Origin: Terriglobia bacterium
GTDB taxonomy: Bacteria > Acidobacteriota > Polarisedimenticolia > Polarisedimenticolales > JAIQFR01
DNA length: 64,000 nt
Assembly: GCA_963748015.1 (NCBI GenBank)
Contig: CAVVHE010000004.1
Location: 2,157,322-2,221,321 of the forward strand
Direction: 5' to 3'
The position numbers and the translations under genes were made by a program. The notes below the pieces were generated by a model. That model worked only from the letters and a program-made list of their open reading frames with translations. It was not told the origin of the DNA and searched no databases. Below are positions 21,113-31,976 of this stretch, piece after piece (position 1 is the stretch's first letter; each line of letters opens with the position of its first letter).

Positions 21113-23137
21113 CTACTTCGACTCCGCGACGACGACGCCGCTCCAACCGGGCTCGACCCCTTCCCGCTGCAAGCGCTCGCACAGGCTGAGGTAGTAGGAC
21201 GAGGGGCCGTCGCCTCCGTCGCGGCGCGCGACGACCTCTCGGAATCCCGCGGCGGCCCGTTCGAACTCTCCCCTGTCGAACTCGGCGAGGGCGGCCTCGA
21301 ACGTCTCGAGGTCGGGTCGGCTCGCGGGCAGCGTCTCGCCCGGCGCCGCGACCAGCTCGAACAGCGCCACGGGCTCGTGCCGGCCGACCACGCGAACTCG
21401 GCCGATGCGCCGCGCGACGAAGCCCTCGCCCGCCGCGGCGAACGCCTCTCCCGAGACGATCGCCCCCGTCCCGAACATCTTGTTGAGCCCCTCGATCCGT
21501 GACGCGAGGTTCACGGCATCGCCGATCGCGGTGTAGTCGAACCGCTGGGCCGATCCGAGATTGCCGACCAGCATCCGGCCGGTGTGAACCCCGATGCGCG
21601 TCCTGAGACGCTTCGCGGCATCGCCGGAGGCTCCCCGCTCCGCGTCCATCCGCGCCAGGGCCAGGGCCGTCCGGCAGGCCCTCGCCGCGTGGTCCGTCAC
21701 GCGCACGGGGGCCCCCCAGATCGCGAAGACCGCGTCGCCGATGTACTTGACGAGCGTGCCCTCGGTCGCGAACACGTGGCCGGTCGCCTCGGAGAAGTAC
21801 CGGTTGAGCATCGCGGCCGTCTCCTCGGCGGTCATGGACTCGGCGACGGTCGTGAACCCCACGATGTCCGTGAACATCGCGGTGGCGACGATCTCCTCGC
21901 CGCCGAGGTTGAGGGCCGAGGGGTCCTCCGCGATCTGGCGGGCCGCGTCCGGGGAGAGGTAGAACGAGAAGGCGCGCTTGACCCGCTCCCTCTCGCGCAC
22001 GGTGGTCAGGTAGTACCAGATCACGCTCACCGTGTAGGCCAGGGGGAGCTGGATCGCCGAGGGGATCACCGCCGGGATCCACAGGCTCTCACGCGTGAAC
22101 GCGAGGTACGCCGCGGCCCACGGAAGGGCGGCAAGGAAGGGCAGCGTGACCGCGCCGAGGCGGGGATCGAGCCACACGAACACGAGGAGCGCCGCGATCG
22201 GCAGGAGGATGAGCATCCCCATCTCGAGCCCGGGATGGAGGAGGTCGAAGCGGCGCCCGTCGAGGAGGTTCGCCGCGATCGTCGCGTGGATCTCGACGCC
22301 GTAGGTCGTTTCGCCTCGCCCGCCGGTGAACGGCGTGCGGAAGGCGTCCTTCGGGGCGGGACCCGACGCCGCCGGGTTCGAGAGTCCGACGAAGACGATT
22401 TTCCCCTTGAAGAAGTCGCGCGGCAGGTAGCGCTCGGGTTCGAGGGCCTGGTAGACGGAGACGGTCTTGATCCCGATCCGGGCGGGACCGTAGTAGTCGA
22501 TGAAGCGGGACTCGGTCTCGCGGTTCGATCGGTCCCCGGTCGCGGCCTGGTAGGCCGCTAGGGCGAGACCCGGCCGCCCGTTGAGAGCGAGCCACGCGCT
22601 TCGGATCACGCCATCGCGGTCGGCGGGGAGGTTCACCTCCGCAACGGCCGCGGCCGCCTTCCCGAGCGGCTCCCACGGCTCGATCTGCCTGGCCTCGTTG
22701 AAGAGCGAGTCCTCGACCAGCTCGACGGTGGCGCCGATGACGACGATGCCGGTGTCGGCCATCGCCGAGCGAAGCTCCTCGTCCTGCTCCGGGTCCCCCG
22801 GGTCCACGAAGAGGACGTCGAAGGCGACGGCCCGGGCCCCCGCGCGCGCGAGGGAGCGGATCAGCTGCGCGTGCAGCCCGCGGGGCCAGGCCGCCTTCCG
22901 GTCGGCCTCGAACACCCGGTACGACTCGTCGTCGATCGCGACGACGCAAACGCCTGGCGGAGCGGGACGCGCGCCGCGCCACTGGAACAGGAGATCGAGG
23001 CCGGCCCGCTCCAGCCCCTCGGCCGGAGGCCAGCGGATCAACCCGACGCCGACGAGCCCCGGCACGAGTGCCAGGAGGATCGCGGCGCGTGCCCGGCGCA
23101 GGCCGGACCAGAGTCGCCGCTTCGACTCGACAGGCAT
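21113..23137 (-). CDS. CHASE2-domain class III adenylate cyclase
   Basis: VVAIDD..., AFDVLF, YGVEIHA (CHASE2); 3 TM; FTDIVGFT, VKYIGDA, DYTAIGDAVNLASRIE (K/D pair indicates ATP specificity). Confidence 0.92.
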   Translation of the reverse strand: MPVESKRRLWSGLRRARAAILLALVPGLVGVGLIRWPPAEGLERAGLDLLFQWRGARPAPPGVCVVAIDDESYRVFEADRKAAWPRGLHAQLIRSLARAGARAVAFDVLFVDPGDPEQDEELRSAMADTGIVVIGATVELVEDSLFNEARQIEPWEPLGKAAAAVAEVNLPADRDGVIRSAWLALNGRPGLALAAYQAATGDRSNRETESRFIDYYGPARIGIKTVSVYQALEPERYLPRDFFKGKIVFVGLSNPAASGPAPKDAFRTPFTGGRGETTYGVEIHATIAANLLDGRRFDLLHPGLEMGMLILLPIAALLVFVWLDPRLGAVTLPFLAALPWAAAYLAFTRESLWIPAVIPSAIQLPLAYTVSVIWYYLTTVRERERVKRAFSFYLSPDAARQIAEDPSALNLGGEEIVATAMFTDIVGFTTVAESMTAEETAAMLNRYFSEATGHVFATEGTLVKYIGDAVFAIWGAPVRVTDHAARACRTALALARMDAERGASGDAAKRLRTRIGVHTGRMLVGNLGSAQRFDYTAIGDAVNLASRIEGLNKMFGTGAIVSGEAFAAAGEGFVARRIGRVRVVGRHEPVALFELVAAPGETLPASRPDLETFEAALAEFDRGEFERAAAGFREVVARRDGGDGPSSYYLSLCERLQREGVEPGWSGVVVAESK

Positions 23138-26100
23138 CAGTACGTGATCTCGAGCCTCACCATGACCGTCCGGGCGGGAATCACCCGCTCCTGCACCGAG
23201 CGCTCGTAGAACTCGAACTTCTCGTTGAGGACGTTACGCGCGTCCAGGACGAGGGATCCCCAGCGCTTCGGGAATCGGTAACCGATCGCGGCGTCGGCGA
23301 CCCAGAAGGTCGCGTTCCGCGTCGAGAACGTGGCCGTCTCGGGATCGAGGCTGTCGAACTGGTCGACTTCCTGGTCGTAGCGCGTGCCGCCGACCCGGGC
23401 GAAGAACCCCTGCGGGGTGAAGAAGCGGACCTCGGGGCGGAATCGCTTCGTGTGGATCCGGTCCTGGAATCCTCCCGTCGACGTGATGGAGGTCGTGTTG
23501 AACTCGCGGTCCTGGTCGTCGTAGCCCAGGGTGGCCGCCATCCAGGTCGTCAGGGCCGCGCTGGCGTAGACGTTCAGGAACTTGTCGTCGCCGGAGCGCT
23601 CCTCGACCGTGCTCGGCGCGTACCCCGCGCACCCCGAGTACGGGCTCCACTCGTTCTCGCGATCGCAGTAGCCCTCGGGGATCGTGAGGTTGCGGTACAG
23701 GTACGATGCTCCGACGAACCAGCGCCGGCCGAAGACCTGGTCCACGCCCAAGCCGTAGTTCCACGAGCGCGTTCCCGCGGAGTCCTCGAAGAACTGGTTG
23801 AAGCCCCCGACCTGCGTGGGCTCCAGGGTCTGGAGCCGCCCGAGGAACGGCGCGAGCCGGTGGTAGACGCCTGCGCGGAGGGTCGTGGCCCTGCCGAGGA
23901 CCCAGGTGGCTCCCAGCTTGGGGCTGAATTCCGACCTCGTGTACGAGAGGTCCGAGGCGGGGACGTTCGAGTCCCGGGGGGGAGGAAGCCGATCGGGGCC
24001 ATGACCCGCTCGAAGGAGCCTCCGAGGGTGAGCTCGACCGGCCCGAGGTCCTTGAGCTTGTAGTAGCCGTACCCGTTGGTGAAGGTGTCGTCCTGCTTCA
24101 GCGCCGGAGAGCCGGGGTCCGCGCTCGCGAGCTCGACGTTCCCGCTGAACTGGCCCGCGCCGAAGATCCAGGCTCCGGGACCGGTCCGCTTGACCCACTG
24201 GATCTCGAGCTGCGGTCCTTCGAGCGTTGCCGTGCCGCGGGGAACGGAGTAGAAGTCCATCCCCGTCTGCTCGGTGCGGTTCCAGATCGCCGAGACGGCG
24301 AGGTCCGACTCCGCGGAGATGCGGCGGTGCCAGCCGAGTCCGACGTTGGTCTCGTCCGTCTCGAAGCGCTCCGGGGTGATCGCCGGCAGCAGCTGCCGGA
24401 GGGGCAGGTCCCCGGTCGTGCGATTGCCCTGGATGAAGTTGAGCTGCAGCGTGTCGCTGTCGCTGGCCGCGACCTGCACGAACCCCCGGCCGACCTCGTT
24501 GTGCTCGTCGGCGTTCTTCCGGAAGCCGTCGTCGCGGAAGTTCGAGTACGACACCGCGGCCGCGTAGCGTTCGCCGTTCACGGTCACGATCGCGTCACCG
24601 CTCCGGACCGCGCTCTGCTCGTTCTCCGAAAGCTTGTAGCAGGGCACGTCGCCGCACATCTCGCCCGTGCCGAAGGCGGAAAGATCCGTGTTGGTCGTTC
24701 CGTACGCGGCCTTGCCGAAGAACCGCGCGCGCGGCCGCTCGAACAGCGAGGTGTACTCGTTGTACGAGGCCACGGCGTTGACGATGTCCGGACGCGCCGC
24801 GTTGGTGCTCACCGGCTGGTAGATGCGCGCCTGCAGGACCTCGCTCAGGAACGCCGGGGCGTAGAACGGAAGGTTCCGGTAGTTCCCCGCGAGCAGCATG
24901 TGGCTCGAGTGGTTCGCCTGGTCCTGGTCCGCGCTCCTGCGGGCGGCCACGAGCCCGGCGTCCTCGAACCCGAGATCGTTGAAGATCCTGGCCTGGTCGG
25001 CCCCGCGTACGGCCTGGTCCTCGTCGAGGAGGAGCCTCGAGCGATAGACGGCGCGATTGTCGTTCTTCTCCATCGACTGCATCAGGTCGTCGAGCGCTTC
25101 CACCGGCCGGTTCTCGCTCTGGAGCAGGATCGCCGAGTAGAGCCACGGCGTGGGATCCGAGGGGTCCAGTCCCTTCGCCGCGGCGAGCTCCTTGCCCGCT
25201 TCCGACGAGCGCTTCTCCTCGTAGTACGCCTTGCCGAGGTAGGACCGGATCAGCGAATTGCCGGGATCGAGGATCGCGGCGGACTGGATCTGCTCGCGCC
25301 CTCCGACGAGGTCCCCGAGGCGCAGGCGCGCGATGCCCATCCCGACGTGCGCGGTCGCGAGCCCCGAATCGGCGGCCAGGGCCCGCTCGAAGAGCTTCTC
25401 GGCGTCCCAGGAGCGAAGCCGGGCCAGCTCCACGAAGCCCAGGACCGTCAGGGATCGCGCGTCGTCCGGCGCGCGCTCGAGGGCGCTCGACGCCGCGCTC
25501 CGCGCCCCGCGGAGATCTCCCTGCGCCATGCGCAGCTCCGCCACGCGGGCGAGCGCCACGGGGTCCTTCGGGTCCAGCTTGGCGGCGCGCTCGGCCAGCG
25601 CGGCCGCCATCTCGATGTCGAACTCGGCCTGGGCCACGAAGGAGGCCGCCAGCGCCGCCGAGGCGGAATCGGCGTTGGCCACGACCGCTTCGCCGGAGAG
25701 CCGGTGCGCCTCGTCCTTCCGGTCTCCCACGAGAGCGATGACCGTCGCGAGGGACAGCGCGACCGGATCGGACGGGCGCCGCGAGCGCACGCCGTCCACC
25801 AGCGATTTGGCCTTCTCCACCTGCCCCGTCGCGAGCAGGCCGGCCGCCTCCCTGAGGGATGCGCCGTCCTCGCCCATGCCGTCGAGGCGCTTGGCGTCGG
25901 CGCCGCCGAGCACCGGCGGATAGTACAGAGCCCACGCCACCGCGTCCCTCGGCCGCACCACGACGCTCCGCACGGGGGCCTTGCCCGGCTCGGCGACGGC
26001 GCGCTCGCCGGCGCCCACCTCGACGCTCCCGTACGGGTTCGAGGCGAGCACCACCCCCTCGATCATGGTGATGGTGGTGGCCCCTCCCTCGGCGACGTCG

Positions 26101-26552
26101 ACCGCGAACTCCGTCCCCTTGATCGCGGCGGTGACGGTCGCGGTCTCCACCCGGCCGAAGTCCTTCGGCTTGCGGCTGGTGAAGTAGTGGCGCCCGGAGA
26201 GCACCTTGAGCAGGCCGGGGCTGTCCTGGGCAGGCGGCACGATCTCCACCTCGCTCTTCTCGTCGAGGCGGTGGAGGGTATCGTCGGCGTACAGGATCGC
26301 CGCGCGGCTCGAAGCACCCGTCCTGACGCGGTCGCGCGCGAAGAGCAGCTCGCCGACGACGGTCCTGGCCCATCCTTCGGCCCCGGCTTTGCGGGACTCG
26401 ACGGCGTTCTGGGCCGCCGCGACCTTCGCGAGGCGCCCGGATCCCTCCTGCGCCGCGAACACGGCCAGGGGGACGAGAAGCGCGGCCACCGCCGCGGTTG
26501 CGAGAGTCCTGATCGCCGATGTCCCGAAGCGCGACACCTTGACCGTGTTCAT
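23137..26552 (-). CDS. FecR-domain + TPR + TonB-receptor-like outer-membrane beta-barrel protein; frameshift in G7 run at 23976-23982
   Basis: FecR motif DRVRTG...AAIKGTEFAV; TPR repeats; barrel continues in ORF 23137..24198 ending LEITY; adding one base to the homopolymer joins the two frames (GFLPP-RDSNVP). Confidence 0.85.
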
Positions 26553-26664
26553 GGCAGCTGGATCCTCCGCTGGGAAGATCGTCTCACACGAGCCCCGCCG
26601 ATCCAAGAGGATCGGGCGGGGCGGGTGCGGGACGAGTCGGGACCGCCTCCGTGATGGCCGGAGT

Positions 26665-29600
26665 CTACCGGAGCTCGAACCCGGTGACGTAGTCCTTCCG
26701 GCCGGCGATTCGGATCGTCATCGTGAAGACGCCCGTGCCGAGCGGGTTCGTGTCCAGGTTGTAGATCCACTGCTGGGTGCTGTCGTTCCAACGGAAGAAG
26801 GGATCGCTGGAGAGGCTGTCGGAGTTCACCCTCAGGGTCGCGAAGTCGATCGGGCCCCGGGTCGCCTCCGACAGGCCGGTGATCTGCGGCGCGTCCACGT
26901 CGCTGCCCCGGAGGACCACTCCGCCGCAGGACATGCGGAGCTTGAGAGGACGCGTCTGGCCGGCGTTGAACGCCTTGCCCGGGAACGGGACGGGGTCCCC
27001 GGCCGGAACGAGCTTCTCCATCGGACTCGAGAGCCCGTCGATCCCGTCGTAGTCGCGCAGTCCGGCGTTGTAGTTGCAGAGGTGCGCGATGCCGAGGGCG
27101 AGTGGCACGTTCATCGAGAACGGGTGGCCGTTCGCCGCGCCGGTGAACGACAGGGAGAACGGGTGCGACGTGTCCCCGGGGTGGCTGGCCGGCACCGTCA
27201 CCTGGAACGGGACCAGGTTCCCGGCCGGCTGCAGCGCGGGCGGCGAGCAGTCCGTCGTCGACGGCGTTCCGGCGATGGTCCCGTAGGAGGAGGTTCCGCT
27301 CACCACCGTGATCGCCACCGGATTGCTCAACCCGTCGTCGGTCAGGTCCACGAGCGGAGCGACGAGTGAAGCGCTCGCCCCGGTGACGCTGAAGGGGCCG
27401 ACGTTCAAGACGTCCACGACAAAACTCGCGCTCTCGCCCGGCTGGAGTAGACCGTCGCCGCTCGAGTCGCTCAGCACGTGAACCGATTCGGGGGTGAGGT
27501 AGGCGTCCCCGATGCTCTTGCTCGTGTCGGGCACCAAACGCATGAACGTCCCCGACGTGACCTTCGAGACGCCGTCCCCGCAGGTGCCGTCAGGCCCGGG
27601 AATCGTGTCGCCGCAGACGCTGACCGCCGTCGCGACTTCCTTGAACAGGGCGCCTCCCGGCCGGCAAGCCGTGCTGGTTCCCCCGGGCGGGATCGTCGTA
27701 GTCGAGGGATTGACCTGGCAGACCGGCGTGTCCGCGACGGGCGGCGCCGGGGGGCCGGGACTCGGGCAGACGCCCGGCACGGGCGACGACGGGCTCGGGT
27801 TCGGGCAGTGGCCGTCCACGGGTCCCGAGGACGGGCTGGAGTTCGGGCAGACGCCGTCCACCGGCCCGGGCGACGGGCTCGGGTTCGGGCAGACGCCGTC
27901 CACCGGCCCGGGCGACGGCGTCGGGTTGGGGCACACTCCGGGGGCCGGGGTCGTCGGACTCGGATTCGGGCAGTATCCCGGGCCCGGGTCCGTCGGGTTC
28001 GGGTTCGGGCAGTAGCCTGGACCCGGAGTGGTCGGAGTCGGGTTCGGGCAGTAGCCCGGAGCCGGGGTGGTCGGACTCGGGTTCGGGCAGTAGCCCGGCC
28101 CGGGGTTGGTCGGATTCGGATTCGGGCAGTAGCCCGGCCCGGGATTGGTCGGATTCGGATTCGGGCACACGGCCGGGAACGTGTCGCAGTTCGGCTCGTA
28201 AGTGGTGCGGTCGTCATCGACGCACTGTCCGCTTCGGCAGTAGTCGCCGCGGCCGCACTTCTTGCCGCAAGCGCCACAGTTGTCGCCGTCACGCTGCAGG
28301 TCCGCGCACTGGCCGCTACAGAAGGTCCGCCCTTCCGGGCACTCCGAGACGCACGCTCCGCCGTTGCAGCACGTCCCCGCGCCGCAAGCGACGCCGCACG
28401 CACCGCAGTTCCCGCTGTCGCTCCGGAAGTCCACGCACTGCCCGTTGCACCACGTCTGGCCGGTCGGGCAGAGCGAAGCGCACTCGCCGCCGCTGCAGCA
28501 CGTGCCGTCGCCGCAGACGTTCCCGCAGGTGCCGCAGTTCCCGTTGTCGCTCCGGAAGTCCACGCATTGCCCGTTGCACCACGTCTGGCCGGTCGGGCAG
28601 AGCGAAGCGCACTCGCCGCCGCTGCAGCACGTGCCGTCACCGCAGACGTTCCCGCAGGTGCCGCAGTTCCCGTTGTCGCTCCGGAAGTCCACGCATTGCC
28701 CGTTGCACCACGTCTGGCCGGTCGGGCAGAGCGAAGCGCACTCGCCGCCGCTGCAGCACGTGCCGTCACCGCAGACGTTCCCGCAGGTGCCGCAGTTCCC
28801 GTTGTCGCTCCGGAAGTCCACGCATTGCCCGTTGCACCACGTCTGGCCCGCCGGGCAGAGCGAGGCGCACTCGCCGGCGCTGCAGCACGTGCCGTCACCG
28901 CACACGCTCCCGCAGGTGCCGCAGTTCGCGTTGTCGCTCCGGAAGTCCACGCATTGCCCGTTGCACCACGTCTGGCCGGTCGGGCAGATCGAAGCGCACT
29001 CGCCGCCGCTGCAGCAGGTGCCCGCGCCGCACGCGACGCCGCAAGTGCCGCAGTTCAGGTTGTCGCTCCGGAAGTCCACGCACTGGCCGTTGCACCAGGT
29101 CCAGCCCGGGGCGCACAACGACCCGCAGGTGCCGCCGTTGCAACAGGCGCCGTCACCGCAAGTCGTGCCGCACGAGCCGCAGTTGTTGCTGTCGTTCTGG
29201 AAGTCGGCGCACCTGCCGTTGCACCACGTCTGACCTTCCGCGCAGAGCGACCCGCAGGCTCCGCCGTTGCAGCAGGTGCCGTCGCCGCAGGGACTCCCGC
29301 AGGCGCCGCAGTTGCCGCTGTCGTTCTGGAGATCGGCGCACTGGCTTCCGCACCAGGTCTGACCGGTCGCGCAGAGCGACGCGCAGCCCGCATCGTCGCA
29401 GCAGGTGCCGTCGGCGCAGTGTAGACCGCACGTTCCGCAGTTGCCGCTGTCGTTCTGGAGGTCGGCGCACCGGCCGTTGCACCAGATCTGCCCCTGGGCG
29501 CAGAGGGACACGCAGGCGCCGCCGGAACAGCAGGTGCCGTCGCCGCAAACGCTCCCGCACGCGCCGCAGTTGTTGGGATCGCTCTGGAAGTCGACGCACT

Positions 29601-30711
29601 GGCCGTTGCACCAGGTCTTGCCCTCGGCGCACAACGACACGCAGTTCCCGTTCGTGCAGCAGGTGCCGTCGCCGCAAACGCTCCCGCACGAGCCGCAGTT
29701 GTCGGGATCGTTCAGGTAATCCACGCACGTGTCGCCGCAGCGAAGCTGGTGCGGAACGTCGGGATTCGCCGGACAGCAGCCGGGGGGATAGGCCGGCGTC
29801 TCGACCGTAACCGGCGTCGTCGAGGTGTTCGTGAGCGTTTCCTGGACCGCTCCAGGCTGCGCCGTGCTCGTGACGCGGAACACTTCCTTCGGCGGGCTGA
29901 AGAAGGTGATGAGGCTCGAGGTCAGCGACGCCGACGAGACCGTGACGTCGGACGCGCTCAGGGACCGTCCCGGAACGGCGAACGGCCCGCGGTTGATGCA
30001 GGTGCCGTCGGTCACCGGGTTGCACTGGGCGTCGGTCGTGCACGATTTGCGGGTGATGCAGCTGGCGCCCCGGACGACGTAGTAAATGATGCCGCCGGGG
30101 GGAGGGGTGTCCACATACTGCAAGAGGCCGGTCGTGATGACGGTGTTGGCGGACGCGGTGACGGCGGACGCGCTCGTGGACCGGTAGACCGTGTACGACG
30201 CGGTTCCGCCGGACCAGCTCAACGCCACGTCTCCCGCGTTCGCTCCCTTGCCGGCGGCGAGAGTCACGCCGTCCTCGAGGCAACCGAGGGTACAGGTACC
30301 GGCGACGGGATCCGTGCCGGCGGTTTGCAGGAAACAGATGTCGTTGGCGCAGGAGTTGCCGGTGTAGGAGTAGACGGTCGAGTTGGTCGTCCAGGTCCAC
30401 TTGACGCCGACTCCCCCCGCCGTGCCCGCCGTCACGCTGGACGTGAAGCCGCCGGGGCCGGCCGACGGCCACGAGAACGTGAACGCGTCGCCGAGCGCGC
30501 TGTTCGTGACGACGCTCTCGATCTTCACGGGGAAGGTCGAGAGAACGTTCAGGTCGACCTTGCTCTCCGCCCCGTTCGCGGCCTGGCCGTCGAGGTCGAC
30601 CGGCTTCGTCGCGGCCAGCGCCGGCGCGGAACATCCCGCGGCGAGGAATGCGGCCAGCGCGAACGCCAGTGGACGGAATCCTCGCGCGGCTACCCTCTTG
30701 TTGGTGAACAT
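26665..30711 (-). CDS. large secreted Cys-rich repeat protein with C-terminal PxKF-like domain
   Basis: Signal peptide; 12 x 43-aa Cys repeats; 11 CPNP Pro-rich repeats; C-terminal KAFNAGQTRPLKL...FRW....QWIYNLDT. Confidence 0.85.
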   Translation of the reverse strand: MFTNKRVAARGFRPLAFALAAFLAAGCSAPALAATKPVDLDGQAANGAESKVDLNVLSTFPVKIESVVTNSALGDAFTFSWPSAGPGGFTSSVTAGTAGGVGVKWTWTTNSTVYSYTGNSCANDICFLQTAGTDPVAGTCTLGCLEDGVTLAAGKGANAGDVALSWSGGTASYTVYRSTSASAVTASANTVITTGLLQYVDTPPPGGIIYYVVRGASCITRKSCTTDAQCNPVTDGTCINRGPFAVPGRSLSASDVTVSSASLTSSLITFFSPPKEVFRVTSTAQPGAVQETLTNTSTTPVTVETPAYPPGCCPANPDVPHQLRCGDTCVDYLNDPDNCGSCGSVCGDGTCCTNGNCVSLCAEGKTWCNGQCVDFQSDPNNCGACGSVCGDGTCCSGGACVSLCAQGQIWCNGRCADLQNDSGNCGTCGLHCADGTCCDDAGCASLCATGQTWCGSQCADLQNDSGNCGACGSPCGDGTCCNGGACGSLCAEGQTWCNGRCADFQNDSNNCGSCGTTCGDGACCNGGTCGSLCAPGWTWCNGQCVDFRSDNLNCGTCGVACGAGTCCSGGECASICPTGQTWCNGQCVDFRSDNANCGTCGSVCGDGTCCSAGECASLCPAGQTWCNGQCVDFRSDNGNCGTCGNVCGDGTCCSGGECASLCPTGQTWCNGQCVDFRSDNGNCGTCGNVCGDGTCCSGGECASLCPTGQTWCNGQCVDFRSDNGNCGTCGNVCGDGTCCSGGECASLCPTGQTWCNGQCVDFRSDSGNCGACGVACGAGTCCNGGACVSECPEGRTFCSGQCADLQRDGDNCGACGKKCGRGDYCRSGQCVDDDRTTYEPNCDTFPAVCPNPNPTNPGPGYCPNPNPTNPGPGYCPNPSPTTPAPGYCPNPTPTTPGPGYCPNPNPTDPGPGYCPNPSPTTPAPGVCPNPTPSPGPVDGVCPNPSPSPGPVDGVCPNSSPSSGPVDGHCPNPSPSSPVPGVCPSPGPPAPPVADTPVCQVNPSTTTIPPGGTSTACRPGGALFKEVATAVSVCGDTIPGPDGTCGDGVSKVTSGTFMRLVPDTSKSIGDAYLTPESVHVLSDSSGDGLLQPGESASFVVDVLNVGPFSVTGASASLVAPLVDLTDDGLSNPVAITVVSGTSSYGTIAGTPSTTDCSPPALQPAGNLVPFQVTVPASHPGDTSHPFSLSFTGAANGHPFSMNVPLALGIAHLCNYNAGLRDYDGIDGLSSPMEKLVPAGDPVPFPGKAFNAGQTRPLKLRMSCGGVVLRGSDVDAPQITGLSEATRGPIDFATLRVNSDSLSSDPFFRWNDSTQQWIYNLDTNPLGTGVFTMTIRIAGRKDYVTGFELR
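27740..28170 (-). repeat. 11 coding tandem repeats of 13-14 aa (CPNPxPxxPGPGY / CPNPSPSPGPVDGV)
   Basis: Directly visible in translation. Confidence 0.9.
28221..29745 (-). repeat. 12 coding tandem repeats of 129 nt / 43 aa (STIG1-like Cys-rich)
   Basis: CPTGQTWCNGQCVDFRSDNGNCGTCGNVCGDGTCCSGGECASL; 129-nt period (28441 vs 28570); central copies near-identical. Confidence 0.95.
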
Positions 30712-30985
30712 CCCTAGTCCCTCCCGCATTCTGTCACGCTCCTGGACTCGCCCCTGTCCGCGCTGATCGGCGAACAAACCCGCGTTGCAATTGAGTATAC
30801 TGCTAGATTCTACCTAAAACAGGATGATTTTGGTAGATTATTATTGTACAGTCTTGACTTGAGCGCGTGGGTGAAAACGCTAATAGCTAAAGACCGATCC
30901 ACTTTATAGGTTTCGCGGCTGCGTCAAGCCGCTCGCTCGGTACTAGAATCGAGCGACGCGCGGGGGTGATGCCCCTCGAGGTTCC

Positions 30986-31822
30986 ATGGACTCCCAGGAT
31001 CTGCGGCTCGAGTTTTGGGGCGTGCGCGGCACGGTGCCGACTCCTTCGCTGGACCGCCTCGGCCACGGCGGCAATACCACCTGCCTCGCCGCCCGGCTCG
31101 CGGAGGACGAGTATCTCGTGCTCGATTGCGGCAGCGGCGTGCGCCTCCTCGGCATGGAGATCCAGAAGCGGAGCGCGGGCCGCCCGGTCCGGATTCACAT
31201 CCTCTTCTCGCACTACCACTTCGATCACATCGAGGGGCTTCCCCTGTTCCCGCCGCTCTACGACCGCAAGGCGACGATCCGCGTTCACGGCGTCGCCCCC
31301 GAGGGGCGGACCCTTCAGAACACGCTCGAATCGTTCATCGCGCCGCCGTACTTCCCGGTGCGCCTCTCGGGAACTCCCGCGAGGATGGAGTACGTCGAGC
31401 TTCGGGGAGAGCCCTTTTCGGTCGGTCCCTTGGAGGTGAGCACGCTCTCGCTCAACCATCCCGACGGCTGCGTCGCCTATCGGTTCGATCGAGGCGGACG
31501 CCGGGTCGTCTTCGCCACCGACCACGAGCACGGCGATCCCGAGGTGGATGACGCCCTCGCGTCGTTCGCGAAGGGCGCGGACCACCTGATCTACGACGCC
31601 ACGTACGTGCCGGCCGAGTACGAGACGCTCCGCAAGGGCTGGGGGCACAGCACCTGGTACGCCGCCGTTCTCACCGCTCGCGCGGCCGGCGTCCGCAACC
31701 TCGTCCTATTCCATCACCACCCCGAGCACACCGACGCCGAGCTCGAGAACATCCTGCGCATCGCCCAGAAGGAGTTCCCCGGCGTTATCGTCGCCCGCGA
31801 GGGGATGAGCATCCCGCTGTAG
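30986..31822 (+). CDS. MBL-fold metallohydrolase (RNase Z / phosphodiesterase-like)
   Basis: WGVRGTVP, GGNTTC, SHYHFDH, HST, LFHHHP. Confidence 0.9.
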   Translation: MDSQDLRLEFWGVRGTVPTPSLDRLGHGGNTTCLAARLAEDEYLVLDCGSGVRLLGMEIQKRSAGRPVRIHILFSHYHFDHIEGLPLFPPLYDRKATIRVHGVAPEGRTLQNTLESFIAPPYFPVRLSGTPARMEYVELRGEPFSVGPLEVSTLSLNHPDGCVAYRFDRGGRRVVFATDHEHGDPEVDDALASFAKGADHLIYDATYVPAEYETLRKGWGHSTWYAAVLTARAAGVRNLVLFHHHPEHTDAELENILRIAQKEFPGVIVAREGMSIPL

Positions 31823-31843
31823 CGCCTTCATCCCCGCGTCGGC

Positions 31844-31920
31844 CGCGCGTCCTCGCCCGAATGGGTTCGCAGCCGGCCCTTTTCCGGGCCGGCGAGAACC
31901 CATTCGGGCGAGGACGCGCG
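31844..31920. repeat. 77-bp inverted repeat between convergent genes
   Basis: Perfect 25-bp arms (31844-31868 / 31896-31920) plus inner 8-bp stem. Confidence 0.85.
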
Positions 31921-31976
31921 ACTCACCGTCGATCCCGCGAGGACCAGGCGATATCGAAGCCGGGCTTGCGGTGAAC

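Noticed and set aside
28221..29745. DGR template/variable repeat or CRISPR
   Set aside because: In-frame coding tandem repeats with no adenine-specific differences and no reverse transcriptase in the window.
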